The notes under the pieces were generated by a model, which made no database searches, was not told the DNA's origin, and saw only the letters and a list, made by a program, of their open reading frames with translations. From positions 288,001 to 352,000 of the forward strand of contig CAVURN010000003.1 of assembly GCA_963743915.1 (NCBI GenBank): a DNA stretch of 64,000 nucleotides. Direction: 5' to 3'. Within the stretch, counting starts at the first letter, position 1; every line of letters starts with the position of its first letter. A program made the translations under genes and the position numbers. Positions 10,359 to 19,405 of this stretch are shown here, in pieces. The DNA comes from an uncultured Actinomycetota bacterium. Its GTDB lineage: Bacteria; Actinomycetota; Actinomycetes; JAHEKZ01.

Positions 10359-11909
10359 TCACCGGTGGGTGTCGACGGTCTCGTCGAGCTTCACCTCGGT
10401 GTGCAGCGAGGCTGCGTCGTCCGGGGCGATCCCTTCGAGGTGCACGTCGGCGTCCGCCTCGGGGTGCGCGAACTCGGGTTCGATGGCCTTGGCACGCCAC
10501 CGCGGGGCCATCAACGCGAAGACCGCACCGATGGCGACGATCACGACGAGCCCGATGCCCATCTGTGTCACGAAGGTGGTGTCGATCGGGTCGCCCGGAG
10601 TCCAGACGAAGAAGACCGTCGCTGCAGCGATGAACCCGAAGACCAGCAGGGACGTGATCCACGCGCCGACCATTCCTCCGGGAACCCGGTAGGGACGCGG
10701 GGCGTCCGGGTCGCTGTAGCGCAGCTTCAGGAACGCGACCGCCATCACCATGTAGGACAGCAGGAAGACGACGGTGCTGAACGCGAAGAGGTTCCAGAAC
10801 AGGTTCTCGACCGTGGCGCCGGCGTCCATCTGGACGAGGGCACCCCACCCTGCGGTGAAGAGCGTGCCGACCAGGGCGGTGGCGAGCGCAGCCGCGACCG
10901 GCGTCCGGAAGCGACGGCTCGTGCGTCCGAGGACCGGTGGAAGGTCACCGCGTCGCGCGGCCTCCGCGGCCGACCGGTTGGCACCGATCGTCCAGGGAAC
11001 CAGTGCTGCGAAGAAGCAGTACAGCGCGCCGATGCCCAGCAGCGTCACGACGAACCCAGCCACGCCAGTGGTCCCGATGCCTGCCTCGAGGGCGCGGAAG
11101 AGACCGTTGGTGCGGTTGAAGCCGTCGGTCGGCACCAGAAGCAGCATGCCGATGGTCGCGATCAGGTAGAAGGCGCCGATCAGCAGACCTGCGCTGAAGA
11201 TCGAGCGCGGGACGTCACGCTTCGGGTCGCGCATCTCCTCGCTCGCGCTGCTCATCAGCTCGAAGCCGAGGAAGTTGTAGACGACCACGCCGAGCAGCAC
11301 GATCGAGCTCCAGCTCGGCAGCATGTCGGTCGAGGTCCACTCGGTCGCCGACCCGTCGGTCATGGCGGTGAGAACGCCGGCCACGCCGACGACCAGCATG
11401 ATGGCGACGGTGATGATGGCGGCGATGTTCGTCACCCACTTGCTGGTCTCCAACGTGATCACGTTGATCACGAAGTTGATCCAGATCAGGGCGACGGCCA
11501 TGCCGATCGTCCACCAGAAGCCGACCTTGAAGTCGAGCGTCTGCCGCAGGAGCGTCGCGAACATCAGGTACACCGACGGCAGCCAGATCCCGACGTTGAT
11601 CCAGTACCACCACGAGACCTGCGTGCCCCAGAAGCCTCCGAGAGCGCGCTTGACCCAGGCGTAGATGCCGCCGGTGTCGGCGTACGTCGATCCCAGCTCG
11701 GCCGTCATCAGGCCGTACGGCACGAAGAAGAAGACGAGGAGCACGATCGTCCAGAACAGGACGGCGGGCCCCTCCTTGGCGGTGATGGGCACCTGAGAGA
11801 GCAGCATGATCGCCGCCACGCTGAACAGGATCATGTCGAAGCGCCGGAGCGCCCCGAGCTTGCGATCCTTGGCGTGCGCGGGCTGCCGGGTGCTGGTTGT
11901 CGTTGACAT
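10359..11909 (-). CDS. aguD: APC-family amino acid/polyamine transporter (agmatine/putrescine antiporter-like)
   Basis: About 12 TM; [19 protein letters not shown]...[11 protein letters not shown] and RPYRVPGG; lies between ptcA and aguA. Confidence 0.8.
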   Translation of the reverse strand: MSTTTSTRQPAHAKDRKLGALRRFDMILFSVAAIMLLSQVPITAKEGPAVLFWTIVLLVFFFVPYGLMTAELGSTYADTGGIYAWVKRALGGFWGTQVSWWYWINVGIWLPSVYLMFATLLRQTLDFKVGFWWTIGMAVALIWINFVINVITLETSKWVTNIAAIITVAIMLVVGVAGVLTAMTDGSATEWTSTDMLPSWSSIVLLGVVVYNFLGFELMSSASEEMRDPKRDVPRSIFSAGLLIGAFYLIATIGMLLLVPTDGFNRTNGLFRALEAGIGTTGVAGFVVTLLGIGALYCFFAALVPWTIGANRSAAEAARRGDLPPVLGRTSRRFRTPVAAALATALVGTLFTAGWGALVQMDAGATVENLFWNLFAFSTVVFLLSYMVMAVAFLKLRYSDPDAPRPYRVPGGMVGAWITSLLVFGFIAAATVFFVWTPGDPIDTTFVTQMGIGLVVIVAIGAVFALMAPRWRAKAIEPEFAHPEADADVHLEGIAPDDAASLHTEVKLDETVDTHR

Positions 11910-11936
11910 CGTGACCTCCTTCGAGGTCTTCGGTGG

Positions 11937-12974
11937 TTACGCCGACGGGACGCCGGCGAGGAAGTCCTGGACGAGGGCCTCGTGGTGCGCCTTCACGGCA
12001 GGCGTCGCGCGTGTGACGCGCGGGTAGACGTACCAGGCGAGCAGGCCCTTCTCGGTGTGGAGACGGTTCTCCGACTGGTCGTAGATGATCGACTTCGGCC
12101 CGTCCATGACCGCATCGGTCACTTCCACCCCGCGAGAAGCGGGCAGGCAGTGCATGAACTTCACGTGGTCGGGCGCGAGCGCCAACAGCTCCGGAGTCAC
12201 CTGGTAGCGGGGTTGGAAGGCTGCCGTTCGGTCGGGGATCTCCTCCTCCTGGCCGAACCACCACCACAGGTCGGTGTAGACGTAGTCGGCGTTCCGGACG
12301 GCGTCCTCGACCTCCGGCGTGGCCTCGTACCGACCGCCGTACAGCGACTCGTTGTGCTTCACCTCGTCGATCACCGACGGCCACTGACGTTCGATGCTGT
12401 ACCGCTCGGGCCGAGCGTGGATGAAGGTGCCACCGAGCATCGTCACGATCATCGCCGTGGACGTGCAGACGTTGGTGGCGTCCCCGATGAAGACGACCGT
12501 GAGGTCGCGGAAGTCCTTGTCGGGCACCTTGTGCTCTCGCATCGTGAAGACGTCGCAGAGCGCCTGCGTGGGGTGGTTGTAGTCGGTCAGCCCGTTGATC
12601 ACCGGCACGGTCGCGTACCTCGCGAATGACGTGACCGTCTCGTGGTGGAAGGCCCGGATCTCCACCGCGTCCACCATGCGCGACAGCACCCGCGCGGTGT
12701 CGGCGATGTTCTCCTTCTGCCCCAGGTGGATCTCGCCGGGCTTGAGGTACAGGGCGTGACCGCCCAGCTTGGTCATGGCGACCTCGAACGACACCCGGGT
12801 CCGGGTGGAGGCCTCCTCGAAGATCATCCCGAGGCTGGCATCGCGGAGCAGCTCAGGGCAGGCATGCCTTCGGTCGGCGTCCTTGAGCAGCCGGATCAGC
12901 TCCATCTGCCGGTACAGGACGTCCGGCCCCAGCTGTTGCGTGTCGAGATAGTGGAGGGTCGTGGGGGATGTCAT
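11937..12974 (-). CDS. ptcA: Putrescine carbamoyltransferase
   Basis: STRTRVSFE, HPTQ, GDATNVC and FMHCLPA carbamoyltransferase motifs; lacks the OTC SMG loop (has YTDLWWWFGQ); PTC-like C-terminal extension; operon context. Confidence 0.85.
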   Translation of the reverse strand: MTSPTTLHYLDTQQLGPDVLYRQMELIRLLKDADRRHACPELLRDASLGMIFEEASTRTRVSFEVAMTKLGGHALYLKPGEIHLGQKENIADTARVLSRMVDAVEIRAFHHETVTSFARYATVPVINGLTDYNHPTQALCDVFTMREHKVPDKDFRDLTVVFIGDATNVCTSTAMIVTMLGGTFIHARPERYSIERQWPSVIDEVKHNESLYGGRYEATPEVEDAVRNADYVYTDLWWWFGQEEEIPDRTAAFQPRYQVTPELLALAPDHVKFMHCLPASRGVEVTDAVMDGPKSIIYDQSENRLHTEKGLLAWYVYPRVTRATPAVKAHHEALVQDFLAGVPSA

Positions 12975-13204
12975 CGGAACCGACCTCCTTCCCTCTCATG
13001 GAAGAGGACCGAAGGGGCCCTGGCCAGCGGCGAAAGTCCCACGACCTGGTCACACCAGGCCTGCCGAGGACCGGGCCAAGGAAGCCAGAGGCTGATCCAC
13101 TCGACGGAGGGTCCGCAACCGGAAACTCGTGCCGATCCTGTCGGCCGAAGTTTCCACTCTCGCCGCCCGCCAGCCATGTCCCCCTCGTGAGCTGCTTCGT
13201 GCGC

Positions 13205-13691
13205 CTACAGCGGCAGCTCGAGGACCCTCTCGCCGTCGTGGATCGTGTCCGTCGCCCGGAATCCGTAGCGCAGGTAGAACGGCAACGGGGTGTAGGGGCC
13301 GTCGTGCAGGCCCACCGACGTGTACAGGATCTCGGCGGGCGGACGGGACCGGACGTACTGCACGACCAGGTCGAGGGCTGCCGTGCCGATCCCCTGCCGC
13401 TGCCAGGCCTCATCGATGAGGAGTCGCCACAGGAAGTACGGACCGAGGTACTGCGTACGCTCCGGCGGGATGTTGTCGCTGATCATCACGAAGCCGACCG
13501 GCGTCTCGCCCCGGTAGATGGCGCGGTACCACGGACAGGCGTCCGCACTCATCGCGTGCGTCGTCGAAGGACTGGGCGACGCTGGCGACGAAGTGGCTCT
13601 GGACCGGCGTCACCTCGAGAGCCAGGACGGCGTCGCGGTTCTCGTCGTCGATGGTCCGGAGCGAGACGTTCTCGAGCGTGCGTGCGTTCAT
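13205..13691 (-). CDS. GNAT acetyltransferase, spermidine/spermine N-acetyltransferase (BltD)-like (frameshift near 13550)
   Basis: VLALEVTPVQSHFVASVAQS, RAIYRGETPVGFVM, LWRLLIDEAWQRQGIG and FYLRYGF. Confidence 0.75.
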
Positions 13692-13778
13692 CTGCCCATG
13701 GTCGCCCGGCACGGCCGGTGGGACCACTGAATTGCGGTCGCTCGCGTCCTCACAGGCGCTGGACGGCGGCGCGGTTCG

Positions 13779-14105
13779 TCAGCTGCACCCCACGCAGGTG
13801 GGCGTCTGCGGGCGGAGGTCGAGCCGCTCGGCGGGGATCGGGTTGCCGCACACCAGGCAGACGCCGTAGGTGCCGGCCGCCAGTCGCTCCAGCGCCGCGT
13901 CCACCTCGACCCGGGTCTCCTTGGCCGCGGACAACCGGTCGAGCGCCGCCTGGTACTCGGCATTGGCGTCGGCGCTGGCATCACCCACGAGCTGGGACTT
14001 CAGCGTCTCGATGTCGGCGGCCGCCTCGGAAGCCTGCCTCCCGGCGTCCTCGGCCAGAGCGAGCAGGCTGGTGCGACGGTCCTCGAGCACGTCCGGTGCC
14101 GACAT
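13779..14105 (-). CDS. TraR/DksA C4-type zinc finger protein
   Basis: Coiled coil followed by ALERLAAGTYGVCLVCGNPIPAERLDLRPQTPTCVGC; SD GAGGAG. Confidence 0.9.
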   Translation of the reverse strand: MSAPDVLEDRRTSLLALAEDAGRQASEAAADIETLKSQLVGDASADANAEYQAALDRLSAAKETRVEVDAALERLAAGTYGVCLVCGNPIPAERLDLRPQTPTCVGCS

Positions 14106-14150
14106 GGTGACTCTCCTCAATCTCAGGGTGGGTCTCGGGCCTGCGTGGCC

Positions 14151-14198
14151 CAGAAACGACGAAATCCCCCGACTGCCGCGCCTGCGGTGCCGGGGGAT
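14151..14198 (-). terminator. Intrinsic terminator/attenuator in the leader of the TraR/DksA gene
   Basis: Stem ATCCCCCG/CGGGGGAT (14164-14171/14191-14198) followed on the minus strand by T-rich TTCGTCGTTTCT, about 45 bp before the start codon. Confidence 0.65.
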
Positions 14199-14383
14199 CG
14201 ATCAGGATCCGCGGCGCTACGGCGGCGGGACTCGACGCGCCCCCGACTCCATGCCGGCGACGACAGCAGAGCGCCACGACCGGGTGGGTACCCGGGCGCG
14301 GACGCAGCGTGGAGCGGAACGGCATGACACGAGGGTACCTCGGGGCGGCGCGAGAGGACGAACGAAGCAAGGTCACCACGCAA

Positions 14384-14401
14384 ATCACCACATGTGGTGA
14401 T
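14384..14401. promoter_or_regulatory. Perfect 18-bp palindrome ATCACCACATGTGGTGAT, putative operator
   Basis: Self-complementary; between the divergent TraR/DksA leader and the MMPL gene. Confidence 0.6.
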
Positions 14402-14495
14402 CTCCGCTCACCACCGGCGTCCATACCTTCCGACCATGCGCGACACCACCTCAGCCAGTGAATCGAAGAGAACTGGTCGGAAAAGGAGCTGAACC

Positions 14496-16670
14496 ATGAA
14501 CGCAGTCATCCGTCGTATCGGCGACCTCAGCGCAAGAAGGCCATGGACGATGGTCGGGGCGTGGCTCGTTGTCGCTGCCCTCTTCGTCGGGCTGTCCGGA
14601 GCCCTTGGCGGTGCTTTCGCCGACGACTTCAGCGCACCCGGTAGTGAGAGCGCCAAGGCCATGGACCTGTTGGAGGACCGCTTCCCCGAACAGGCAGGTG
14701 GAAGCGCTGTCGCGGTATTCGCAGCAGAGGAGGGACAGCGGCTGGACAGCTACCGCGCCGACATCACATCGGCGCTGTCACGGATCGCTCAGGTCGAGCA
14801 CGTCGCAACGGTGACCGATCCCTTCGCGACCGACCGCGTGTCTCCCGACGGGAGAGTCGCATTCGCTGAGATCACGCTCGACGTTCCCTCGACGGAGTTC
14901 GGTCGGGGTGCTGCCGCCTCGGTCGTCGACGCCCTCGAGCCAGCACGCGACACCGGCCTGACCGCGGAGTTCGGCGGAGACGCGGCCTTTCTCAACGCCG
15001 ACGAAGAATCGTCGGGGGCCGAGGTCGTCGGCATCCTTGCCGCCCTCGTGGTTCTCGTGATCGCCTTCGGCACCGTTGTGGCGGCACTCGTCCCCATCAC
15101 GATCGCGCTCGTTTCGGTCGCCATCGGGTCCACCGGCATTCTCCTGCTCGCCGGGACGATGGACGTGTCCACGGCGGCTCCGACCATTGGCGCCATGGTC
15201 GGGCTCGGAGTTGGCATCGACTATGCGCTGCTCATCGTGGCGCGTTACCGCGAGAACCGCACGGCCGGCCACCCCAACAGAGTCGCCTTGTCCGCGGCGA
15301 TGGGTTCCTCCGGCACAGCCGTCTTCTTCGCGGGTGGCACCGTCGTTCTGGCGATGGCGGCTCTTGTCCTCACGGGGGTGGGGTTCCTCACTTCCATCGG
15401 CCTGGCCACATCGATCGTCGTCTTCTTCGCTGTGGCAACTGCCATCACGCTGCTTCCAGCTCTGCTGTCGCTGCTGGGGGACCGGATCGACGCGGGTCGG
15501 GTGATCGGTCGGCGTCGTGCTGCCAAGCCGGTCGAGGAAACGTTCTGGTGGCGGCTCGCCCACCAGATCTCAGCACGGCCCTGGCCCTACCTCGTCGCCG
15601 GCTCGCTCCTGCTGCTTGTGCTTGCGGCTCCGGCGTTGTCGCTGAAGACAGGCTTCCCAGATGCCGGCGACAACCCCACTGCCCAGACCGAACGACAGGC
15701 GTACGACTTGCTGGCCGAGGGCTTTGGTCCGGGCTTCAACGCGCCACTGCTCGTCGTCGCGGATCTGCAGGGAACTGGTCTGCAAACCGGCGACGTCTCT
15801 CGCCTGGCCGAGGAGATCGCCGCCGTGCCAGGGATCACGGAGGTGGGCGACCCTCGGGTCACCGCCGATGGCGACACCATGGTGCTGCCCACTCTCCCCA
15901 GCACCGAACCGTCCGACCCTGCCACCCTGCAGACCCTGGAACGAGTTCGTTCCATCACCCCCACCGGCGTCTACGTCACGGGCCCAACCGCTCTCACGCT
16001 GGATCTCGACGAGCAGCTCAGCAACACGCTGCCGGTGTTCATCGGGGCCATCCTGGTCGCGTCTGTGCTCTTGCTGATGCTGGTGTTCCGGTCGATCACG
16101 GTGCCGCTGAAGGCTGCCGTCATGAACCTGTTGTCCATCGGCGCTGCGTACGGCGTCATCGTGGCCGTCTTCCAGTGGGGCTGGTTGAGCGCGCTCTTCG
16201 GCCTCGAGAGCACCTACCTGATCGCGTCCCCCCTTCCGTTCATCTTCTTCGCGGTGCTGTTCGGGCTGTCGATGGACTATGAGGTCTTCCTGGTGTCGCG
16301 TATCCGCGAGGCCTACGACGCCACGGGGGACAACGCCGAGTCCGTCGCCCGTGGGCTGGCGAGCACCGGCAGGGTCATCACGTCGGGCGCGTTGATCATG
16401 GTGCTGGTGTTCCTCGCCTTCATCCTCAACCCCTCACCCTTCGTGAAGATGATCGGGCTTGGGTTGGCCACGGCCATCGCCATCGACGCCACCGTCGTCC
16501 GCATGATCCTGGTGCCGGCGACCATGGCGGTGATGGGGCGGGCGAACTGGTGGCTGCCTGGCTGGCTCGACCGCGTGCTCCCGCACGTCAGCGTCGACGC
16601 GGAGGCTGAGATCCCGCAGGCGGTGTCGGAGCTGCCGGAACGGCCGGAGACAGTCGGGGTCCTCGTGTGA
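14496..16670 (+). CDS. MMPL/RND family transporter
   Basis: GLGVGIDYAL, GFGPGFNAP, FGLSMDYEVFLVSRIRE and DATVVRMILVPA motifs. Confidence 0.93.
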   Translation: MNAVIRRIGDLSARRPWTMVGAWLVVAALFVGLSGALGGAFADDFSAPGSESAKAMDLLEDRFPEQAGGSAVAVFAAEEGQRLDSYRADITSALSRIAQVEHVATVTDPFATDRVSPDGRVAFAEITLDVPSTEFGRGAAASVVDALEPARDTGLTAEFGGDAAFLNADEESSGAEVVGILAALVVLVIAFGTVVAALVPITIALVSVAIGSTGILLLAGTMDVSTAAPTIGAMVGLGVGIDYALLIVARYRENRTAGHPNRVALSAAMGSSGTAVFFAGGTVVLAMAALVLTGVGFLTSIGLATSIVVFFAVATAITLLPALLSLLGDRIDAGRVIGRRRAAKPVEETFWWRLAHQISARPWPYLVAGSLLLLVLAAPALSLKTGFPDAGDNPTAQTERQAYDLLAEGFGPGFNAPLLVVADLQGTGLQTGDVSRLAEEIAAVPGITEVGDPRVTADGDTMVLPTLPSTEPSDPATLQTLERVRSITPTGVYVTGPTALTLDLDEQLSNTLPVFIGAILVASVLLLMLVFRSITVPLKAAVMNLLSIGAAYGVIVAVFQWGWLSALFGLESTYLIASPLPFIFFAVLFGLSMDYEVFLVSRIREAYDATGDNAESVARGLASTGRVITSGALIMVLVFLAFILNPSPFVKMIGLGLATAIAIDATVVRMILVPATMAVMGRANWWLPGWLDRVLPHVSVDAEAEIPQAVSELPERPETVGVLV

Positions 16671-16689
16671 CCGTCACCGGCTGAGTTCG

Positions 16690-16729
16690 ACGAACCATGC
16701 ACCCGCGTCAGTGCGGGTGCATGGTTCGT
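16690..16729. terminator. Bidirectional stem-loop between the MMPL gene and tRNA-Leu
   Basis: 17-bp perfect inverted repeat ACGAACCATGCACCCGC/GCGGGTGCATGGTTCGT between convergent genes. Confidence 0.8.
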
Positions 16730-16737
16730 GCCGGCTG

Positions 16738-16821
16738 TGCGCGAGGGGGGAGTTGAACCCCCAAGCCCTTTCGGACACACGGACCTGAACCGTGCGCGTC
16801 TGCCAATTCCGCCACTCGCGC
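16738..16821 (-). tRNA. tRNA-Leu(CAG)
   Basis: GCGCGAGTGGCGGAATTGGCAGACGCGCACGGTTCAGGTCCGTG...GGTTCAACTCCCCCCTCGCGCA; long variable arm, anticodon CAG. Confidence 0.96.
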
Positions 16822-16980
16822 GTGCCCCGGAAGGGCCACAGCAGGCTATCACCGGGCTGCACCCCGTCCCGAATCGCATCGTTGCTGGTCCAGCGCCCGA
16901 GCCGGGCCTCGATACGATCACGGGGAGGACAGGTTCGCTGGAAGGGCCCTGGCCACCTGACGCGACCCCGAGGAGGTGCG

Positions 16981-17655
16981 GTGGGCATCCTCGACCGTTT
17001 CGAGCGGCGCCTGGACCGGATGGTCAACGGGGCTTTCGCCCGCGCCTTCAAGGCCGAGGTGCAGCCGGTCGAGATCGCCGCAGCGCTGCAACGCGAGTGC
17101 GACGACCGCGCCGCCATCGTGGGACGCGGCCGCACGATCGTCCCCAACTCCTTCCGGGTGGAGCTCTCCCCCAGCGACCATGCGCGGCTGGAGGTCTACC
17201 GGGACGCGTTGTCCCAGGAGCTGGCGGACGTCGTCCGCGAACACGTCGGCGAGCAGGGCTACGCGCTCGTCGGACCACTGACGGTCGACCTGGAACGGGA
17301 TGACGACCTCGAGACGGGCCTTTTCCGCGTCCTCGGTGAGGCCGTCCAGGGGGAGATCCCACCCGACACCCATCTGCCCAAGGCGTGGCTCGACATCGCC
17401 GGCCAACAGGTCCCCCTGAACCAGGAGGTCGTGGTCATCGGACGGGGGAGCGAGGCCGACGTGCGGGTGACCGACCCAGGGGTGTCGCGTCGACACGCCA
17501 TGCTCCGGCTGCGCCCGGCGCCGAGCGTCATCGACCTGGGATCGACGAACGGCACGGTGGTGGACGACGTGCGGGCCGAGCAGTCCGACCTGCACGACGG
17601 GTCGATCCTCACGCTGGGCCGCACTCGCATCGTCTTCCGGGTCGAGGGCGCCTGA
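16981..17655 (+). CDS. fhaA: FhaA (DUF3662 plus FHA domain)
   Basis: GILDRFERRL...FARAFKAEVQPVEI; FHA motifs IGRG, VSRRHA, DLGSTNGT; SD AGGAGG. Confidence 0.92.
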   Translation: MGILDRFERRLDRMVNGAFARAFKAEVQPVEIAAALQRECDDRAAIVGRGRTIVPNSFRVELSPSDHARLEVYRDALSQELADVVREHVGEQGYALVGPLTVDLERDDDLETGLFRVLGEAVQGEIPPDTHLPKAWLDIAGQQVPLNQEVVVIGRGSEADVRVTDPGVSRRHAMLRLRPAPSVIDLGSTNGTVVDDVRAEQSDLHDGSILTLGRTRIVFRVEGA

Positions 17656-18141
17656 TGTCCGAGCTGACCCTCACCGTCCTGCGCCTGGGGTTCTTGGTGC
17701 TGCTCTGGACGTTCGTGCTCACGGTGGCCGGCGTCATGCGGACCGATCTCTTCGGCCAACGGGTGAGCGGGGGGCGCGCGCCCAAGTCTGCGCAGCGACC
17801 GAAGCCGGCCGCCCGCCAAGGCCAAGACGCCCAAGCAGAGCCGACGCGGCACGGCGCGCACGCTCACGGTCGTCGAAGGCTCGCTGGCCGGCACGTCGCT
17901 GACGCTGGGGACGGCTCCCATCACCATCGGCCGCTCGCCGGAGTGCACCTTGGTGATCGACGACGACTACGCGTCCAACCAGCACGCGCGCATCTCTCCA
18001 CACCCGGGGGGCTGGGTGATCGAGGACCTCGGCTCGACGAACGGAACCTACGTCCAGCGCACCCGGGTCACCGGGGTCATGACGGTGCCACTGGGCACTC
18101 CGATCCGGATCGGCAAGACCGTGCTGGAGCTGCGCAAGTGA
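17655..18141 (+). CDS. fhaB: FhaB/FipA FHA domain protein (frameshift near 17820)
   Basis: MSELTLTVLRLGFLVLLWTFV TM segment; IGRSPEC..DDYASNQHARI..EDLGSTNGT..IRIGKTVLELRK. Confidence 0.88.
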
Positions 18142-18163
18142 CCCCCCAGCCTCGGGGGACGCC

Positions 18164-19405
18164 GTGGCGCTGAGCCTGCGCTACGCCGCCCGTTCCGACG
18201 TCGGCCTGCTCCGTGAGGGGAATGAGGACAGCGGCTACGCCAGTCCCCGGCTGCTCATCGTCGCCGACGGCATGGGCGGCGCCGCTGCCGGAGAGGTCGC
18301 CAGCTCCGTCGCGGTTGCCGCCTTCGCCGTGCTCGACGAGGACGAGCCGGGCAACGACCTGCTCGAGGTCTTCGGTGAGACGCTCCACCGGATCGAGGGG
18401 CAGCTCGGCGGTCTGGTCGAGGCCGAACCGGGGCTGCGTGGCATGGGCACGACGCTGACCGCCGTCCTGCGCTCGGGGAACCGCGCCGGACTCGTCCACG
18501 TCGGGGACTCGCGCGGGTACCTGCTGCGCGAGGGAAAGCTGGAGCGCATCACCCGCGACCACACCCTCGTCCAGTCGCTGATCGACGCAGGGCGGCTCAG
18601 CGAGCACGAGGCGGCCGCCCATCCGCAGCGCAACGTCCTGACCCGCGTCCTGGACGGCACCCGCCCCACTGAGGCCGACCTGTCGATCCGCGAGCTGCAC
18701 GTCGGGGACCGGATCCTGCTCTGCAGCGACGGCCTGTCCGGAGTCGTGTCCAGCGACACCATCGGCGCCACGCTCCTGGCGCACGACGACCCGCAGTCCG
18801 CCGTTGACGAGCTGATCGACCTGGCCCTTCGGGCGGGCGGGCCGGACAACATCACCTGCGTCGTCGCCGACGTCGAGGACGGCGAACCGGACACCGAGGC
18901 GGAGGCCGTGGCCGTCGGCGCCGTCAGCGTTCAGACGGACGCGCGACGGCTTCAGCTGCCCGACACACCGGCGGGACGCGCTGCCCAGCTGGCGGGAGGC
19001 GACGACCCCGACGACCGGCTCCCCGATCGACGGTCGCGGCGACGGCTGCTGTGGCTCACCGGGGTCGGGATGCTGCTCGTCGGGCTCGTGGTGGGCCTCA
19101 CCGTCGGCTGGTACGCGTGGTCGCAGCAGCAGTACTTCGTCGCCGCGTCCACTGACTCCGGCGATCCGGTGGTCGCCATCTACCGCGGTCCCACCGATCC
19201 GCTCTTCGGCATCGACCTGTCCCGCCTGGTCGAGACGTCGACGGTGTCAGTGGCGGCCCTTCCGGAGTTCGAGCAGGAGCAGGTGGACGCCGCGATCGTG
19301 GCCAGCAGCCTCGATGACGCCCGGGACATCGTCACCCGCCTGGCCGACGAGGCGCAGCGTTGCGACGAGCCGAATCCACCGGCCGGCTGCCCGGAGAAGC
19401 CGTGA
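18164..19405 (+). CDS. pstP: PP2C-family Ser/Thr phosphatase PstP
   Basis: SDVGLLREGNED, ADGMGG, GMGTT, HVGDSR, LCSDGL and GGPDNIT; C-terminal TM. Confidence 0.95.
   Translation: MALSLRYAARSDVGLLREGNEDSGYASPRLLIVADGMGGAAAGEVASSVAVAAFAVLDEDEPGNDLLEVFGETLHRIEGQLGGLVEAEPGLRGMGTTLTAVLRSGNRAGLVHVGDSRGYLLREGKLERITRDHTLVQSLIDAGRLSEHEAAAHPQRNVLTRVLDGTRPTEADLSIRELHVGDRILLCSDGLSGVVSSDTIGATLLAHDDPQSAVDELIDLALRAGGPDNITCVVADVEDGEPDTEAEAVAVGAVSVQTDARRLQLPDTPAGRAAQLAGGDDPDDRLPDRRSRRRLLWLTGVGMLLVGLVVGLTVGWYAWSQQQYFVAASTDSGDPVVAIYRGPTDPLFGIDLSRLVETSTVSVAALPEFEQEQVDAAIVASSLDDARDIVTRLADEAQRCDEPNPPAGCPEKP

Noticed and set aside
12975-13200. Known guanidine-I/II/III riboswitch upstream of the agmatine operon
   Set aside because: I could not find their hallmark sequences by eye. 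Kept only as an unassigned structured leader pending an Rfam scan.
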